A stretch of DNA of 64,000 bases, taken from NCBI GenBank assembly GCA_946965045.2, contig OX337229.1, positions 3,286,001 through 3,350,000 on the forward strand. The letters run 5' to 3'. Shown here one piece after another: positions 11,375 to 24,200 of this stretch (position 1 is its first letter; each line of letters opens with the position of its first letter). This DNA comes from Epithemia pelagica (lineage: Eukaryota; Protista; Bacillariophyta). Both the position numbers and the translations under genes were made by a program. The notes below the pieces were generated by a model. The model had not been told where the DNA came from, did not search any database, and saw nothing but the letters and a program-made list of their open reading frames with translations.

Positions 11375-14300
11375 CTACTTGTTTGCAACAGGGCGCCGAG
11401 CTTTGATCTTTCGTCGTCTGTTGGTCCCTCCAGTACCCATAGTGAACCCCGATGCCCCGCCATCCGCACCTGCAAGTCCAAAGCCTGAGCCTGGCGTGGT
11501 AGCCCCAATTCCAGCACTGGGATTGGGAGTAGAAGCCCCAAACCCGGGAGCTGCTGTTGGTTGCCCCATTCCACCACTTGCTGGTGGAACACTTCCAAAC
11601 ATACCTGTCGGTGCGCTACTTGCAAAACCTGGACCAGGCGTAGGTGATGCAAACGTCGGTGCGTTTGGAGGGTTGCTAGAGCTTGGAAATGGAGCCCAGG
11701 GAGCATTCCCCGGCGTGCCTGTTCCAAACCCAGCAGTGCCGGTCCCTGGCGGAACCGCAGATGGATTAGGCGTGTTGCTAGCACCTCCAAAGAACCCGGG
11801 GACAGAGGTATTGGTTTTCGGGCCTCCAAACGTCGTGCTTGTTGGTAGTCCTCCAAAAGAAGTTACAGGGGCTCCAAAGTTTGGAGCCGACGCCGAGGAT
11901 CCTCCAAAGGGAGGGGCAGAAGGGTTTCCGAAAGTTGTCCCAGACGGAGCCGGTGCTGGGGTTCCCCCTCCGAACCCAGGTTGACCAAAGGAAGCAGTAG
12001 CTGTTGTGGACCCAGTAGTCGTTTCTCCCGACGAAGCGTTGGAACTACCAAACTGAAACACTGAACTGGAAACCGGAGCCTTTAATGAAGGCTCGGGAGC
12101 GGTGTTTTTGTCGACACCAGGTGTGGTTGTCCCTAACGTATGTGCCGGAGCTGCGTTTGCAGCCGGAATCGATGGTGTCGTCCCAAACGTAAGTGCTGGA
12201 GTTACAGTTTTGTCGGATATAGGGGCCTTTGTGCCAAACGTTGCAGCTGGCGCAGCATTCTGGTTCGGGTTCGAGGGCGCTGTTTCAAACGAAAAACCCG
12301 GCGCAGCATTCTTCTCTGGGATCGAAGGTGCTGTCCCAAACAAAGGTGTAGATGCAACGCTCTTCTCGGCGATTGGTGCCGTAGCAGTAGCACCAAACAA
12401 AGGTGCCGATGTCGTGCTCTTGTCGGCGATTGGTGCCGTAGCACCAAACGAAGGTACGAAAGCTGCGCCTTTATCAGCGGTTGGCGCTGGAGCAGTAAAC
12501 GAAGATGCGGGCGCTAAACCCTTGTCCGCAATCGGTGTCGAAGCGCCAAAGGATGACGTTCCAAATGACGACGATGCTGTAGATTTTTCTGTGGGTTTCG
12601 CAGCAGTATCCGCAACCTGAGTCGATTTTTGTCCAAAAGTAAAAGGGACAGTCGTCCCTACCACACTTGAGGAGGCGGAAGCAGAATTATTGGTAGCACC
12701 AAACTGAAATGGCTTGGAGGGTGGCAAGGAAACGCCATTCGGAGCACTGTCCGTCTTTGGACGGTCTCCGTTTTCGAGGGTCTTCGGTGTGGGAGTCTGT
12801 CCATTCGGTTTGTCCTTCTTGTCTGCTTGAGTTGTCGGCCACGCAAATCCATTCGAAGGACCCGGAGGCGCCGTGCTCAGGAGAGATGCCGTCTTGGGTA
12901 AACTTGTGGTCGACTCAGAAGGTTTCGACGGTTCGTCTCTTCGGATTTTCTTGTCATTCGGTTGTGACGAAGGCGAACCGAACGTTATGGAAGGTGCAGA
13001 AGATTTGGCGGTGGCTATGGCTGCCGTTGGTGCCATTGATAGCGATGTTGACAGTGACGTCGATGCAGAACTGGGGAATGCGAATCCTGGCACCCCAGAG
13101 GCTTTGTCTGTTTTATCCGTACTGGTCGATGTGCCAAACGTGGAGGACTGGAAGGAGAACCCTCCGGAAGAGGTAGGATTACTGTTTTCTTTATCTCTGG
13201 TAGTGTCGGCTTTCGTGCTTGCTGTTCCAAAGCCGAACGACCCAAAGGAGGATGAGGACGACGTTGCGTTGGCCGCGGACGCTTGTTTCGGCGCAGAGGG
13301 GGGAAGTAACGTAAAACCGCTCGATCCAATCGAGCCTGTTACCCCGTTGGACTCGTTCTTTGGCTGTGTCTGCCCCGCTTGGTTTCCATCACTTGTTTCC
13401 ATTGACTTTTCTGCCTTCTCTGGAGTTTTGTCACTCGGGAAGCGTTCCGCATCACAAGAGCGACACTGGGATGCAGACTCTGGGTTTCGGGAAAAGCATG
13501 TGGAGCATTTCCACCCACTGGAGTTTGCTTGCAAAAAAGCTGTATCCCACGTTGATGTAGTGGGTTTCTCCGTCCTTCGTGCTCCGCACTGCAGGCACTC
13601 GGATTCGTCGTTGGGGTTCATGGCTCCACATTTCGAGCACTTCCATTCATCCGATTCCCTCGCACGCGACTTTTTGGGTTCTTTTGTGTCTCCTGTGGAA
13701 TCTCCCACTTCTGACTTATCACCTTTTGTCACTTCATCGTCCTCTGTGGACGTTATTAAGTCGGAATCGGACAGTGTGGGGTTGTCTCCCCACCGATGGT
13801 AGCGTATTGGCAACCCCGGAGCGGTGACATCATCGGAAGGAACTCGCGTACCATCGTCATCTCCTGGCTCCAACAAACATTGGTAAACTCCATCGATGTC
13901 ACGTGGACGCAAGGAAGTCGGTTCAATGGCATGGCGATCAGAATCAGATGATGCGGTTGACCCCGATGCATCTGTCGATTGCGGAGACGTGAGTCCATGT
14001 TGGAATTTGACACGTTTGTGTCGATCGGGCATGGTCAATTCTGAACCGTCCACAGACGCTCCATCCATCTCGAACTTTCGTTTCTGATCTGAAAGCAAGC
14101 GATCGTGTGACTCGTGAATAGTCCTCCCTTTCCGCAACATGACTTTTGTGGAGAGAGACAGCGGTAAACTTCGCGGTGGCTTGCGAGGCGGAAGCTCCAA
14201 GCTTTTTCGAATTTCATCTGCCGTAAGATTGGTGGCCTTAAGACCCAGGTGCTTGTTTCCGACTTTCGAGGACGGTCTCCATTCCATTCGTGCAACACCT

Positions 14301-14851
14301 CGTCTGACTTTTACACTTTTCTGTTTAGATGCAGGAGCCGCTTTCCTAGGAAGACTGCGAGACGTCACGGAGGGTGTCTTGCGATAGCTGGTGGTCGAGG
14401 AAGAAGGCCTCCATGGTGATTCCGCAGGAAAGGAAGGGGCAAACGAAACAGTAGACTTTCTAGCGTCAGTGCGTGCCAGTGAGGAAACTGGCAGGTTGTT
14501 TTGGGAATCTTCCAGTTTTTGTTGCTTTGAAGGAGGAGGCTGAATCGGTAAATGGTTGGAAGTGCCATTGGCCACTACTAACTCAGACGAGGAAGTTCCG
14601 CTGCTATGCGGCATATCCAGTCGAGCCACAAAGGGCGCCCTCGATCGGGGAGACTGCAGTTTGGCTGGCGAGGCATCGATTGGACTATGCTTCTTCTTGG
14701 CCGTAGACGCTCCCCAACCAAACAATGCCAACCCCCAACCAGGGGTTTTTGGCGCCGGAGTCTTTGTGGACTCCTCCGGAGTTGTGGGCGTTTTCTTCGA
14801 CAGAGTGGAATCCATCAAGTCACTAAGAAAATTCTCTTGATCAGCAAACAC
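11375..14851 (-). CDS. Nup153/Nup1-like nuclear basket nucleoporin with two RanBP2-type zinc fingers
   Basis: WKCSKCGAMNPNDESECLQC and WKCSTCFSRNPESASQCRSC (W-x-C-x2-C-x3-N-x6-C-x2-C), a long FG/FxFG region and a basic C-terminus RRRKIKARRP. Start is uncertain: first ATG at 14815, or an upstream exon. Confidence 0.8.
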   Translation of the reverse strand: MFADQENFLSDLMDSTLSKKTPTTPEESTKTPAPKTPGWGLALFGWGASTAKKKHSPIDASPAKLQSPRSRAPFVARLDMPHSSGTSSSELVVANGTSNHLPIQPPPSKQQKLEDSQNNLPVSSLARTDARKSTVSFAPSFPAESPWRPSSSTTSYRKTPSVTSRSLPRKAAPASKQKSVKVRRGVARMEWRPSSKVGNKHLGLKATNLTADEIRKSLELPPRKPPRSLPLSLSTKVMLRKGRTIHESHDRLLSDQKRKFEMDGASVDGSELTMPDRHKRVKFQHGLTSPQSTDASGSTASSDSDRHAIEPTSLRPRDIDGVYQCLLEPGDDDGTRVPSDDVTAPGLPIRYHRWGDNPTLSDSDLITSTEDDEVTKGDKSEVGDSTGDTKEPKKSRARESDEWKCSKCGAMNPNDESECLQCGARRTEKPTTSTWDTAFLQANSSGWKCSTCFSRNPESASQCRSCDAERFPSDKTPEKAEKSMETSDGNQAGQTQPKNESNGVTGSIGSSGFTLLPPSAPKQASAANATSSSSSFGSFGFGTASTKADTTRDKENSNPTSSGGFSFQSSTFGTSTSTDKTDKASGVPGFAFPSSASTSLSTSLSMAPTAAIATAKSSAPSITFGSPSSQPNDKKIRRDEPSKPSESTTSLPKTASLLSTAPPGPSNGFAWPTTQADKKDKPNGQTPTPKTLENGDRPKTDSAPNGVSLPPSKPFQFGATNNSASASSSVVGTTVPFTFGQKSTQVADTAAKPTEKSTASSSFGTSSFGASTPIADKGLAPASSFTAPAPTADKGAAFVPSFGATAPIADKSTTSAPLFGATATAPIAEKSVASTPLFGTAPSIPEKNAAPGFSFETAPSNPNQNAAPAATFGTKAPISDKTVTPALTFGTTPSIPAANAAPAHTLGTTTPGVDKNTAPEPSLKAPVSSSVFQFGSSNASSGETTTGSTTATASFGQPGFGGGTPAPAPSGTTFGNPSAPPFGGSSASAPNFGAPVTSFGGLPTSTTFGGPKTNTSVPGFFGGASNTPNPSAVPPGTGTAGFGTGTPGNAPWAPFPSSSNPPNAPTFASPTPGPGFASSAPTGMFGSVPPASGGMGQPTAAPGFGASTPNPSAGIGATTPGSGFGLAGADGGASGFTMGTGGTNRRRKIKARRPVANK

Positions 14852-15294
14852 AACTGTTGAAAGGGCTCTCTTTCGTTTATTCGATGATGCAAAAGGATGA
14901 GCTTATACCATCCGTCTCCGACAAAGAGAGGTATTGTGTGAAACGCCGCTGCGACGAAACGGAGATCGAGCGGCTACCGTCCGTCTGTCGTCTGTGGAGC
15001 ACACGCGCGCCGGCCGCGCTCTATTGCATTTCTCTTCAGTGGGGGCGACAGTGAAGAAGGGACCCCAAATTCACATCACGGGGTATTATGTATTATGTTA
15101 CTCATGTCCTAAAATTTTGGTCCTCGACCCACGATAGGAATAGGTAGGGCTACGGGCTTTGAAGACTCATTTACTCCTATGTTGTAATCAATGACAATCA
15201 TGATCTACCTAGAAAGATTCTGTGTACAACATGGCTTCATAAAGAATGATCATGTCACAATTCACAATGTACGAGATACAGCATGGTTCTAAAA

Positions 15295-18200
15295 TTAGGA
15301 GGGCGGCTTGAAAACAGCAAACTGAGGAGTGGCAGGAGGTTTGGAGGAAGCTGCTCCATCACTACTAGAAGGAGGCCCTCCTCCAGGCTTGAAAGAGGGA
15401 GGTGAGCTCATGCCCGACGTCGCCGACGTTGAATGTGCTTTTCGACCACCCAGTCGCCGCGCTGGTGGTGGAGCCATCATCATGGACAATGGATCTTTTG
15501 GCGCAGCCGGTTCCGCTGGCTCTTGCTGCGGGGCCATGGGTGTCGTGGGAGGAGGTCCTGCCGAAGCGGGGATATCGGTCGGGTCCTCACCTGGAAATAC
15601 CCAACGCTTGAGTTTCTCATCGTAGTAGGCTTCCATTTTCTCACCAACATCGGCGAGCGATGCATCGGGATGCAATCGGGATAAAAAGTAGTCCCGGATT
15701 CCAAAATCGAACCAAGCCTTTTTCTTGTCCGACGACTTGGGGGTACCATCCGATTTCATCTTGTGAAGATTCGCTGGAGCTGAAGATGGGGCCTTTGGAA
15801 TTTGGGGTCCACCACCGCCTCGAGCGGGAGTGGTTTCCAATGCCGAAGGCTGGCCAGTTCGTTTGGGGATTTGGTGTTTTGGAATTTCTTTGGTAGTTTC
15901 GGGGCCCCGTTCCTCTGACGTTGACTTGGGTGTCGAAGGATGAACGAGGGCGGGGCTCTTTTTCTTCACTTCTGTGGTGGGGACACCAGGAAATACGGGA
16001 GAAGAGTGTGGAGCTTTCGACGGGGTGGTTGGTTTGGTCATGGGCTCGGTGTGAGGCATGGGATCCATCACTTGCCCTCTTGGGCCTGGCGCCAGGGGTG
16101 GAGTGTCGGAAGGAGGAGGGCGGTTCTCGAGAGGGGCCAATTCGGAATGGGAGCCAAGGGCCGGTCGTTTACTCAACGCTGCCGGTGGCTTCTCCACCTT
16201 TGGAGCAGATGACACTCGAGCCTTTGCGGGAGGCTTCGACATCTTGGTCGGACCGGATTTTGGCTTTGGAGGTTCTTGTTTTGAAATGGCAAGGCCCTTG
16301 TTGTTACCTTTCACCTTTTGTTCTGGCGGGACCACTGTCACATCGCCTTTCGGTTGTCCCGAGGCAGATGCTTCTTTCTTACTTGTGAGTGAAGACAGTA
16401 TGGGTTTCCCGCTGTTCCGAAATCGTTCCAGTCGATCGCGGAGACTATTCAGGGCAACCACTAATGATTTCTTTTCCGTAGACAGGACGGCCAATCCCAA
16501 TGGCTTCTGGGTGTCTACCGATGCAAGGTCGTCATATGACGATTCTCCTAGGCTTTCAAGGGCGCTGGTGACGTAACGATAGGCATCTTCATCAAATCCA
16601 TATTCCATAAGTCGCATAGCATAAACTGCCTGAAAGGCTTGGAGTGTTCTGATTGTGGCATTGGGGTTCCCTCGGCGTTTGGCCCATTCGTATGCCTCGG
16701 TTCGAAGAAAGGATTCAATGGCGCAGTCTGTGTTAAGCACCACGTCCGATGGAGTCATGTTACACCCAACAAGCGTCCAGCGCGAGTCTCTCTGGAGAGG
16801 GCTTGTTATGGGTATTCCGCTAACCATGAAACAGAAATGAGCTGCTTCATTTAGACCGACTTGGCGGAGGCGGTCACCGAGAGCAATGACTGCGGACTCC
16901 CAGCCAGGTATTCGATTGTTGATGATGGCGGCCAAGTGACTAGGCCATGATGCAACTAAATCTGTCGTTGTCTTGCCGAACAGAGAATTACTGGTCGTAC
17001 CGACCTGCGAGGGAGATGCAAACATCACTGCAACTGTATGCAATGGAGAACCTTGTGCAAGAGCATTGCGACAGAAGTGTTCTGCAGCTTTCTGGTACGT
17101 GTCTCGTCCACACATACCAGCAACGAGCAGAGCCAAGCCATGCTGCCCCTCTCGGATGGCACAGTCCACTGCCTCCTCGCGTTTCCCACGTACTAAAAGC
17201 TCTTCAATAGAACCTATGTCAGTTCGACCTGTTGCAAGTTGTTGTCAGAAAGGGAAGAAGGATGGGAGCACGAAAATATATTTGGCACAATCATGTAACT
17301 TACGTTCAGTAACACTCGACTCAGAGTTTTCTTTCTCGTTTCTTTTGCTGCTAGTTGAAGGGAAGCCCTTCTCTTCCAACAACATACGGACGACTGCAGT
17401 TTCAGGGCTGTTGGGATCTGCAACGCCATTAAAACTTCGAAGCCTTCCCTTCGATTTTGCTGCAATAGAGATGAGGCGCCACAACAGGTCACTCCTCTCT
17501 CTCCTTTCGTGTGATTTCATGTAAGCCTTCACGTGGTCTTCCTCAGCTTTTCGCAATGGACCAATGATCCCGTGTGATCGTTTCTCGTGCGTAGCCATAG
17601 ACAGAGCATCACCAGCCAATGATTCATGCATCCTGCGAATAACAATACGACCTTGTCGGTCTAAAGTACAGATGTTACCTCCAAAGGCAAGATGCGCCGT
17701 GGCACAAAATGGACGACCTTGTTTGCCGTTTTTCTGTTCACTTTTGTCAATTTCTGAACGAATCGAATCTACAGGTTGGGTAGATCTACTGTCAAATCCA
17801 TGAGTGGGCGACACGCTCGAAACAACTTCCCAGCCATCGGCTTCGACCGGGGGAGTCTCATCAGGGCCAACGACACGTTTTTCCACTGAGACGATCGGTT
17901 GTTCCTTCTTGACTGTGTCCAAGGTTTCGGAAGGGGGATCCCATCTAACATCTCCAGTGACAGTATTGTAGTAGTACTGCTTTCCCGTTGCGTCATCTTC
18001 GGCTTGAACCCAATCAGATGGAAGGTTCACCTGTTTCAGAGAATCATCAGCAGAATCCAACTTTGGGATTTGCTCCGTGGATCCCCAATTCGACGGCTTT
18101 TCCCAACTTGTCTCACCTGTGATCTGGTTGTAATAGTATACGGTTTGACTTGTCGGGTCTACCGCTTCCACCCATTCGTTGGTTAACTCTTCGCCCGGGG

Positions 18201-21200
18201 TTTGTGCACTATTGGGTTCTTCAGTAGGTCCTCTTGACTCGTCACCGACTGGAGCGTGATCTAACTCACCACGTGGTTGAACTTCTTCCCAGCCCGAGGG
18301 GAGGTCACTCTCACCGGTGTCTTCATTCCGACTTGAATCAGCATCTGGTGTTGTAATATCAATCTGTCGAGTGTCCGTGTCTTCTTTGTCCATTTCGACG
18401 ATCTCATTGTTCTCAGGACGACTGAGTGCTTGACTTTCGGACGACACCACAGATTCCACTACATCCTGCCTATCCGAAGAGATGGGTTCCCCGACGGCAC
18501 TATCGTCCAATGGCATCTCCCAAGAGGTCTCTCCTGTGTCTCGATTGTAGAAGTACTTTTGACCCGTGGAGTCAGTAGCTTCCATCCAAGGGTTCATCGG
18601 AGGATCAGATGTGTTGTGGTCACCAGCCACTGGCTCCAATCTATTCTGGACAATATCACGGGACTCTTTTTCGTTGAGCACATCGGACTCAACAAACTGA
18701 GGGTTGTCTTTGGTCTCTAGGCTTTGGACGACTTCTGTGGACAGAGCTTCTGTTTCTGTGGGTTCAGAAGAAACCATGACATCAGACTCTTCAATATTGT
18801 CGGCTATTGGTTCTTCAGAACGACTACCGACCAGGTGCTGTGCCTGCTGATCCAGCTCTTGCGAAAGGATAGGTCGTTCCCACGACGTTTCACCAGTTTC
18901 ACGGTTGTAAAAGTACGACCGATCCAGATCGGGGTCACTGACTTCCTCCCACCCTGGCGGAGGAGCACTTATGGTACTCTCACTCTCCTTGGGGACAGGC
19001 TGGTCTTGATCGGTTCCGGATGGAGGGACACCTTCATTTTCGATAAATTCTTTCGAATCCCCCCACACAGGTTCATAATCGCCTTCATTATTTTCCAACT
19101 TTCCTGGATGGGCAGCTTGGAAAGTTTCGTCGGCAGACTCAGTCACATTGTTTGCTATCATATCATCACTTTCCATGTTGTTGGAAACAATGGGAACTTC
19201 CCACGAAGTTTCGCCACTTTCTGCGTTGAAATAATACGTTCGCCCAGACGTTGGATCTGTCTCTTCCGACCACATCGGTGGAAGGCTCTTGGCGTTGTTG
19301 TCTCTGGAGACTTCCTCGCTTTTGGTCTGGACTTCGTCCTGGGATGTGACTGGTTCAGCTGTTACCTTTGTTGGGCACTCCTTTTCTGGTGCTTCGTCAA
19401 TCATTTCCACCGTGGCCGATGCTTCGTCTTCAATTATACCAGCTAGCACCGATGAGTTTGGGTTGTGTTCATCGGGCATGGAGCTGTCAATGTCCGGTGG
19501 AGACGTCCCGTGTAGGACAGGTCGTTCCCATGTGGTTTCTCCATTCTCTGCATGATAATAATAGGACCGACCCGAAGCTTCATCTTTCACTTCCACCCAG
19601 CCACTTGGTAATTGACCATCACCGTTATAATCAAGACTGGGACCCGTCTCCGCTATGGATGGCGAATGCTCGTTGGAGGTTTCAGTCAAGCCTTCGCTTT
19701 GCTGCTCGGTCGAATCATGTTGCTCCAATGGTTGTTCTGATTCGACGGACTGGGGGGCGTCTGTCGTGGAATCCAGCGGAGTACCCGGCTCGTCCTGATT
19801 GTTGCTAATTGGAATCGTACTGGATTCAGACTGCTGAGGCAACTGCGAATTTTCGGGCTGTGCGACTTCGTCAACCACAGTTCCGGATGATGGGAAAACG
19901 TCAACGGCAGAAATATGTGGCTCGGACGAGGTAGGACGATCCCAGGAAGTTTCTCCAGTCTCACTGTTGTAAAAGTAGGGTCGATCATGATGTGGATCAA
20001 CAACTTCCTGCCAAGAAGGAGGAAGAGGATCTTTGTCGCCGTCATGCTCCAACATGGGAGGTGCATCTTGTTCAGTTCCTGACACCGGACCGTCTCCGTT
20101 TTGAATCAATTCATCTGACTCACCGGCTCCATATTCGGGAGCACCATTTTCAGTACGATCAATTGTTGATTTGGTAACAGACACCATCTCATCCATGACC
20201 TCAAAATCACCATTTCCAACGTCATCGGAGACCGCTGGAAGTTCCCACGAAGATTCTCCGGTTTCTGAGTTGTAGTAATATGTTTGACCTGATGTTGGGT
20301 CCGTGGTTTCTGTCCAAGCCGATGGAAGTTTCTTAATGTCGCGTTCCGTTCCGGTTTCGGAAATCTCCGTCGGGTACTCGTCCTTGTCGATAACGGTGGG
20401 CTCAGTCAATGACTCCGTGACAGGCTGCTCTTCTCCCCGTACAAGAGGCTGTTGTTCCTCTGGCACGTCCGCATTGCTGTCACCAGTGCCAGGTGCTTGT
20501 TCTTCTGCAATTTCATCTTGCGCTGTCGTGGATAGCAGATGGTCGTCCTCGTCGTCGACGATTGCTTGCTCGTCACGGTTGTACGAACTTTCATCCACAG
20601 GTCGCTCCCAAGTAGTTTCTCCTCGTTCTGCGTGATAAAAGTAGGACTTACCAGATGCTTCATCATGAGCTTCCACCCATCCACTTGGCAAATGATCGCC
20701 GTCATCATTTTTGCTCGTTTCATCCTTCTCGGCCAACGGGATATCATCTGGAGTTGTTTCCATCAAAGCAGAGTCTAGCTCCTCAGTCTGATCATGATTC
20801 AAGGGTTGTTCTTTTTCACTATCCACGGACGAAGTGGGTATCATAGACGAAGTCGCTGGGGGAATGCTTGCCTGCAAATCGGATACTTTGTCCGGATCCG
20901 TGACAAGTGATGGGTCAGGATCAAAAGGCTCCGTTTCTCGGGCACTCTCATGTTCCGCCATTTCATCCTCCAAAATAGCTTGCGGCTCGGGATGATCGAC
21001 CACATCGTCTGGATGATCATCAGTTACCGGGACAACGCTTGGTCGTTCCCATGAAGTTTGACCAGTGTCGCTGTTATAGAAATACGGCCGATCCTGAGTG
21101 GGGTCAACCACCTCCTGCCAACCTGGAGGCAGTGCACCATGTATGTTGCTCTCATCCGAGGAAGGTTGAACTTGTTCATTTTCAAACGAATGAACATCTT

Positions 21201-24200
21201 CCTTTTCAATAAATCCATCCGGCCCTGACTGTACAGGTTCTGAATCTACTTGTTCACTTGCCTCAACTGCTGGTAGGGCCACTTCCAAAGACGTTTCGTC
21301 GGCAGACTCCTTTGCAATCATATCCTCACTTTCCAGGGAAGCAATGGGAAGTTCCCACGAAGTTTCTCCAGTTTCTGAGTTGAAATAGTATGTTCGACCC
21401 GAAGTTGGATCCATCGCTTCCGACCACATCGGTGGAAGGCTGTTGGCGTTGTTGCCCATCTGGATTTCCTCGGCCGTTGTCGGGGGCTCTTCTTGGGTCG
21501 TCATACTCGCTTCCGCCTCTGCCACGGCGAAATGTTCATCTTTCTCTAGATGCTTGTTTTCTGATACGTCGACCGTGCCTAATGCTTCTTCTTTTACGTC
21601 ATCATCTTGCACGGTTGTGTTAGGTTCATGGTCCTCCTCCTTGTGATCCGACAGTGGCTGCTCGTCGGGCGTGCGATTGTCCACTTCCAATGGAGACGGT
21701 TCATGTGAGACAGGTCGTTCCCAAGTGGTCTCTCCGTTTTCAGCATAGTAATAATAGGATAGACCTGATGTCTCATCCTTCACTTCCACCCATCCACTGG
21801 GCAGGGGATCATCATTGTTTAACTCATGATTGGCATCCGTTTGCTCTTCAGTTGACGGCACAGGTTCGGTGGTGGTTTCCATCAAGTTTGGTGGTTGCTC
21901 CGTCGTGGCATGTGGCTCAAGTGGTTCCATAGACACCGTGGCATCTGCCATGGAATCCAGCGGCGGGCCCTGTTCGTTCGGGTGGTTGTCGTTTGGAACC
22001 GTACTGGGTTCCGACTCGCGAACTTGTGCACTCTTTGGCTCGTCCGTTCCCGATTCGGTTGGCTCGTCCGTTCCCGATTCAGGAAGCTGGTGGTCCACGG
22101 CAAGAGACGTTTGAGACTCGGACACGGCAGGACGATCCCAACACGTTTGGCCCGTCTCCTGGTTATAAAAATAAGGGCGGTCGTAATTGGGGTCCGTGAC
22201 TTGTTCCCAGCCCGGAGGAAGGGGCGCTTCGTCGTGGGTCAAGGACGCAGCATCCTGTGCAGAGGATTCTACCGGTTCTGCCACCAATGTATCCGGCTCG
22301 ACCGACACAAGGTCCTTGTCAGGTCCCTTCTCCTCTTCTAGATTGGGGGTAGAGGAGGCATCCGCGCCCAGGTCGGTCGTTTCTGCGACAGCCTCGGTAG
22401 TCTCCGGCTCGCTGTTGGGAGCGACAGCGGGACGTTCCCACGAGGTTTCTCCAGTTTCCGAATTGAAATAATAGGTTCGACCAGTGGTTGGGTCCGTCGC
22501 TTCCGACCATGGGGATGGCAGTTCTTGGTCGACACTCGTTGTGGACTCGACTGGTTCTGTCGTTGTCGGTTCCGACACGGGTGTGGTCGTCTTCAGTTCC
22601 AATGGAGTTTCTTCTTCTTGTGGTGATGGCGCACTGTCGTTGGCGCTTGGTTCGACTGGGTCGGAAGATGCATTCCACACAGTAGTAGTCGTCGTCGTGT
22701 TTTCCTGTTCCTTTGGCAGAGTCGTTGGTGCTTCCGGTTCCGCGACATTTGTGGTTGTTGTTGGTTCTGGCATCGACGATTCAGACGGTGGTAGAACCGG
22801 TCGTTCCCACGTCGTTTCTCCGCGTTTGGCATGATAATAATAGAATCGCCCCGTAGCTTCATCCGTTGCTTCCACCCATCCACTCGGCAACGGTGCTTCC
22901 TTTTCTTGGTCGGGGACCGTGTCGGTGGGAGTAAGTTCCACCACGGGTTCCTCTGCTTCCACCGTGGCGGTCGCATCTGCCAAAGTGTCGACCGGTGTGG
23001 CGGCGTGGTCCACGGTCGTCATTGCGGGCGTCTCCGTGGTGGTAGTCGGTTGCAGTGTCGTTGGTGCTTCCGGTTCCGCGACATTTGTGGTTGTTGTTGT
23101 TGTTGTTGGTTCTGGCATCGACGACTCGTCCGGTGGTAGAACCGGTCGTTCCCACGTGGTTTCTCCGCGTTCGGCATGATAATAATAGAATCGCCCCGTA
23201 GCGTCATCCGTTGTTTCCACCCATCCACTCGGCAATGGTGCGTCCTTTTCTTGGTCGGGGACCGTGTCGGTGGGAGCAAGTTCCACCACGGGTTCCTCTG
23301 CTTCCACCGTGGCGGTCGCATCGGCCACAGTGTCGACCGGCGTGGCGGCGTGGTCCACTACGGTCGTCCTTGCGGGCGTCTCCGTCGTGGTGGTGGTCGG
23401 TGGTGGTGTGGACTCCTCCTCCTCCAAGGGTGGAATGTGGGGTGGTGGTTCAGATGCCGACGTAGATACCGGTTCCGGAGTGGGTGCGTGCCACGAGGTT
23501 TCGCCCGTCTTGCTGTGATAATAATACGTTCGCCCCGATGGATCCGTGGTGGGGAGCCACTCTCCTCCTCCTCCTTGGTCGTCTTTTTGAGACTCTTCCT
23601 GGACTGCGTTGGGGGAGGACGACGACGTGGGACCCAACGTCGCGGGTGGAACCGTGGCGTTCCAACTACTACTCGTAGTAGTACTTGTACCAGTACCATT
23701 GTCAGCGTCACGGACCGTGCTTTGTGGGACGGAAGGAGCTTGTGTCACGGAGGTTGTTGGGGGCGGTAAGGGCGACAGGGAAGGTGACAATCGGACCGAC
23801 GGCGACGACGGTGGTTCTCCTGCGGCACCGTGTGCGGACGATGACGCACCGGGTCGCGGCAAGTGTCGTTTGGAGGTTGGACGCGTGGGAGGCAATTTGT
23901 ATCGACCGCTGCTGCGAGGGGCTGGACTCACGCGTCCTCCTTCCACTTGGGTGGTGGTGGTGGTGGTGTGCGGTGGTTTGGTCGGAGTGGTGGTGACGGG
24001 CGATCCTCCGCGTCGTCCGGGTGGACGTGGTAAGGGTCGAGGTCGCACATGTGGATGGGATCGCGGAGAATGGTGTCGAAGACTTGTCGTACTGGTGGGA
24101 GGGCCCGTACTGGACAATGGTGACGACGCGGCCATGTCGGGGGTGGCCGGTGTATTCGGAGGAGGAACCGGCAAAGTGGGATGCCCCCTGGTGGTAGAAG

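Noticed and set aside
11379-13802. Long plus-strand ORFs opposite the Nup153-like gene (and similar ones opposite Sec16, Cdc48 and GDT1)
   Set aside because: Antisense shadows of low-complexity or GC-balanced coding sequence, with no recognisable motifs.
17930-23570. WW-coding DNA repeats as CRISPR or satellite
   Set aside because: Conservation is at the protein level within one long ORF, and the spacers are in-frame coding sequence.
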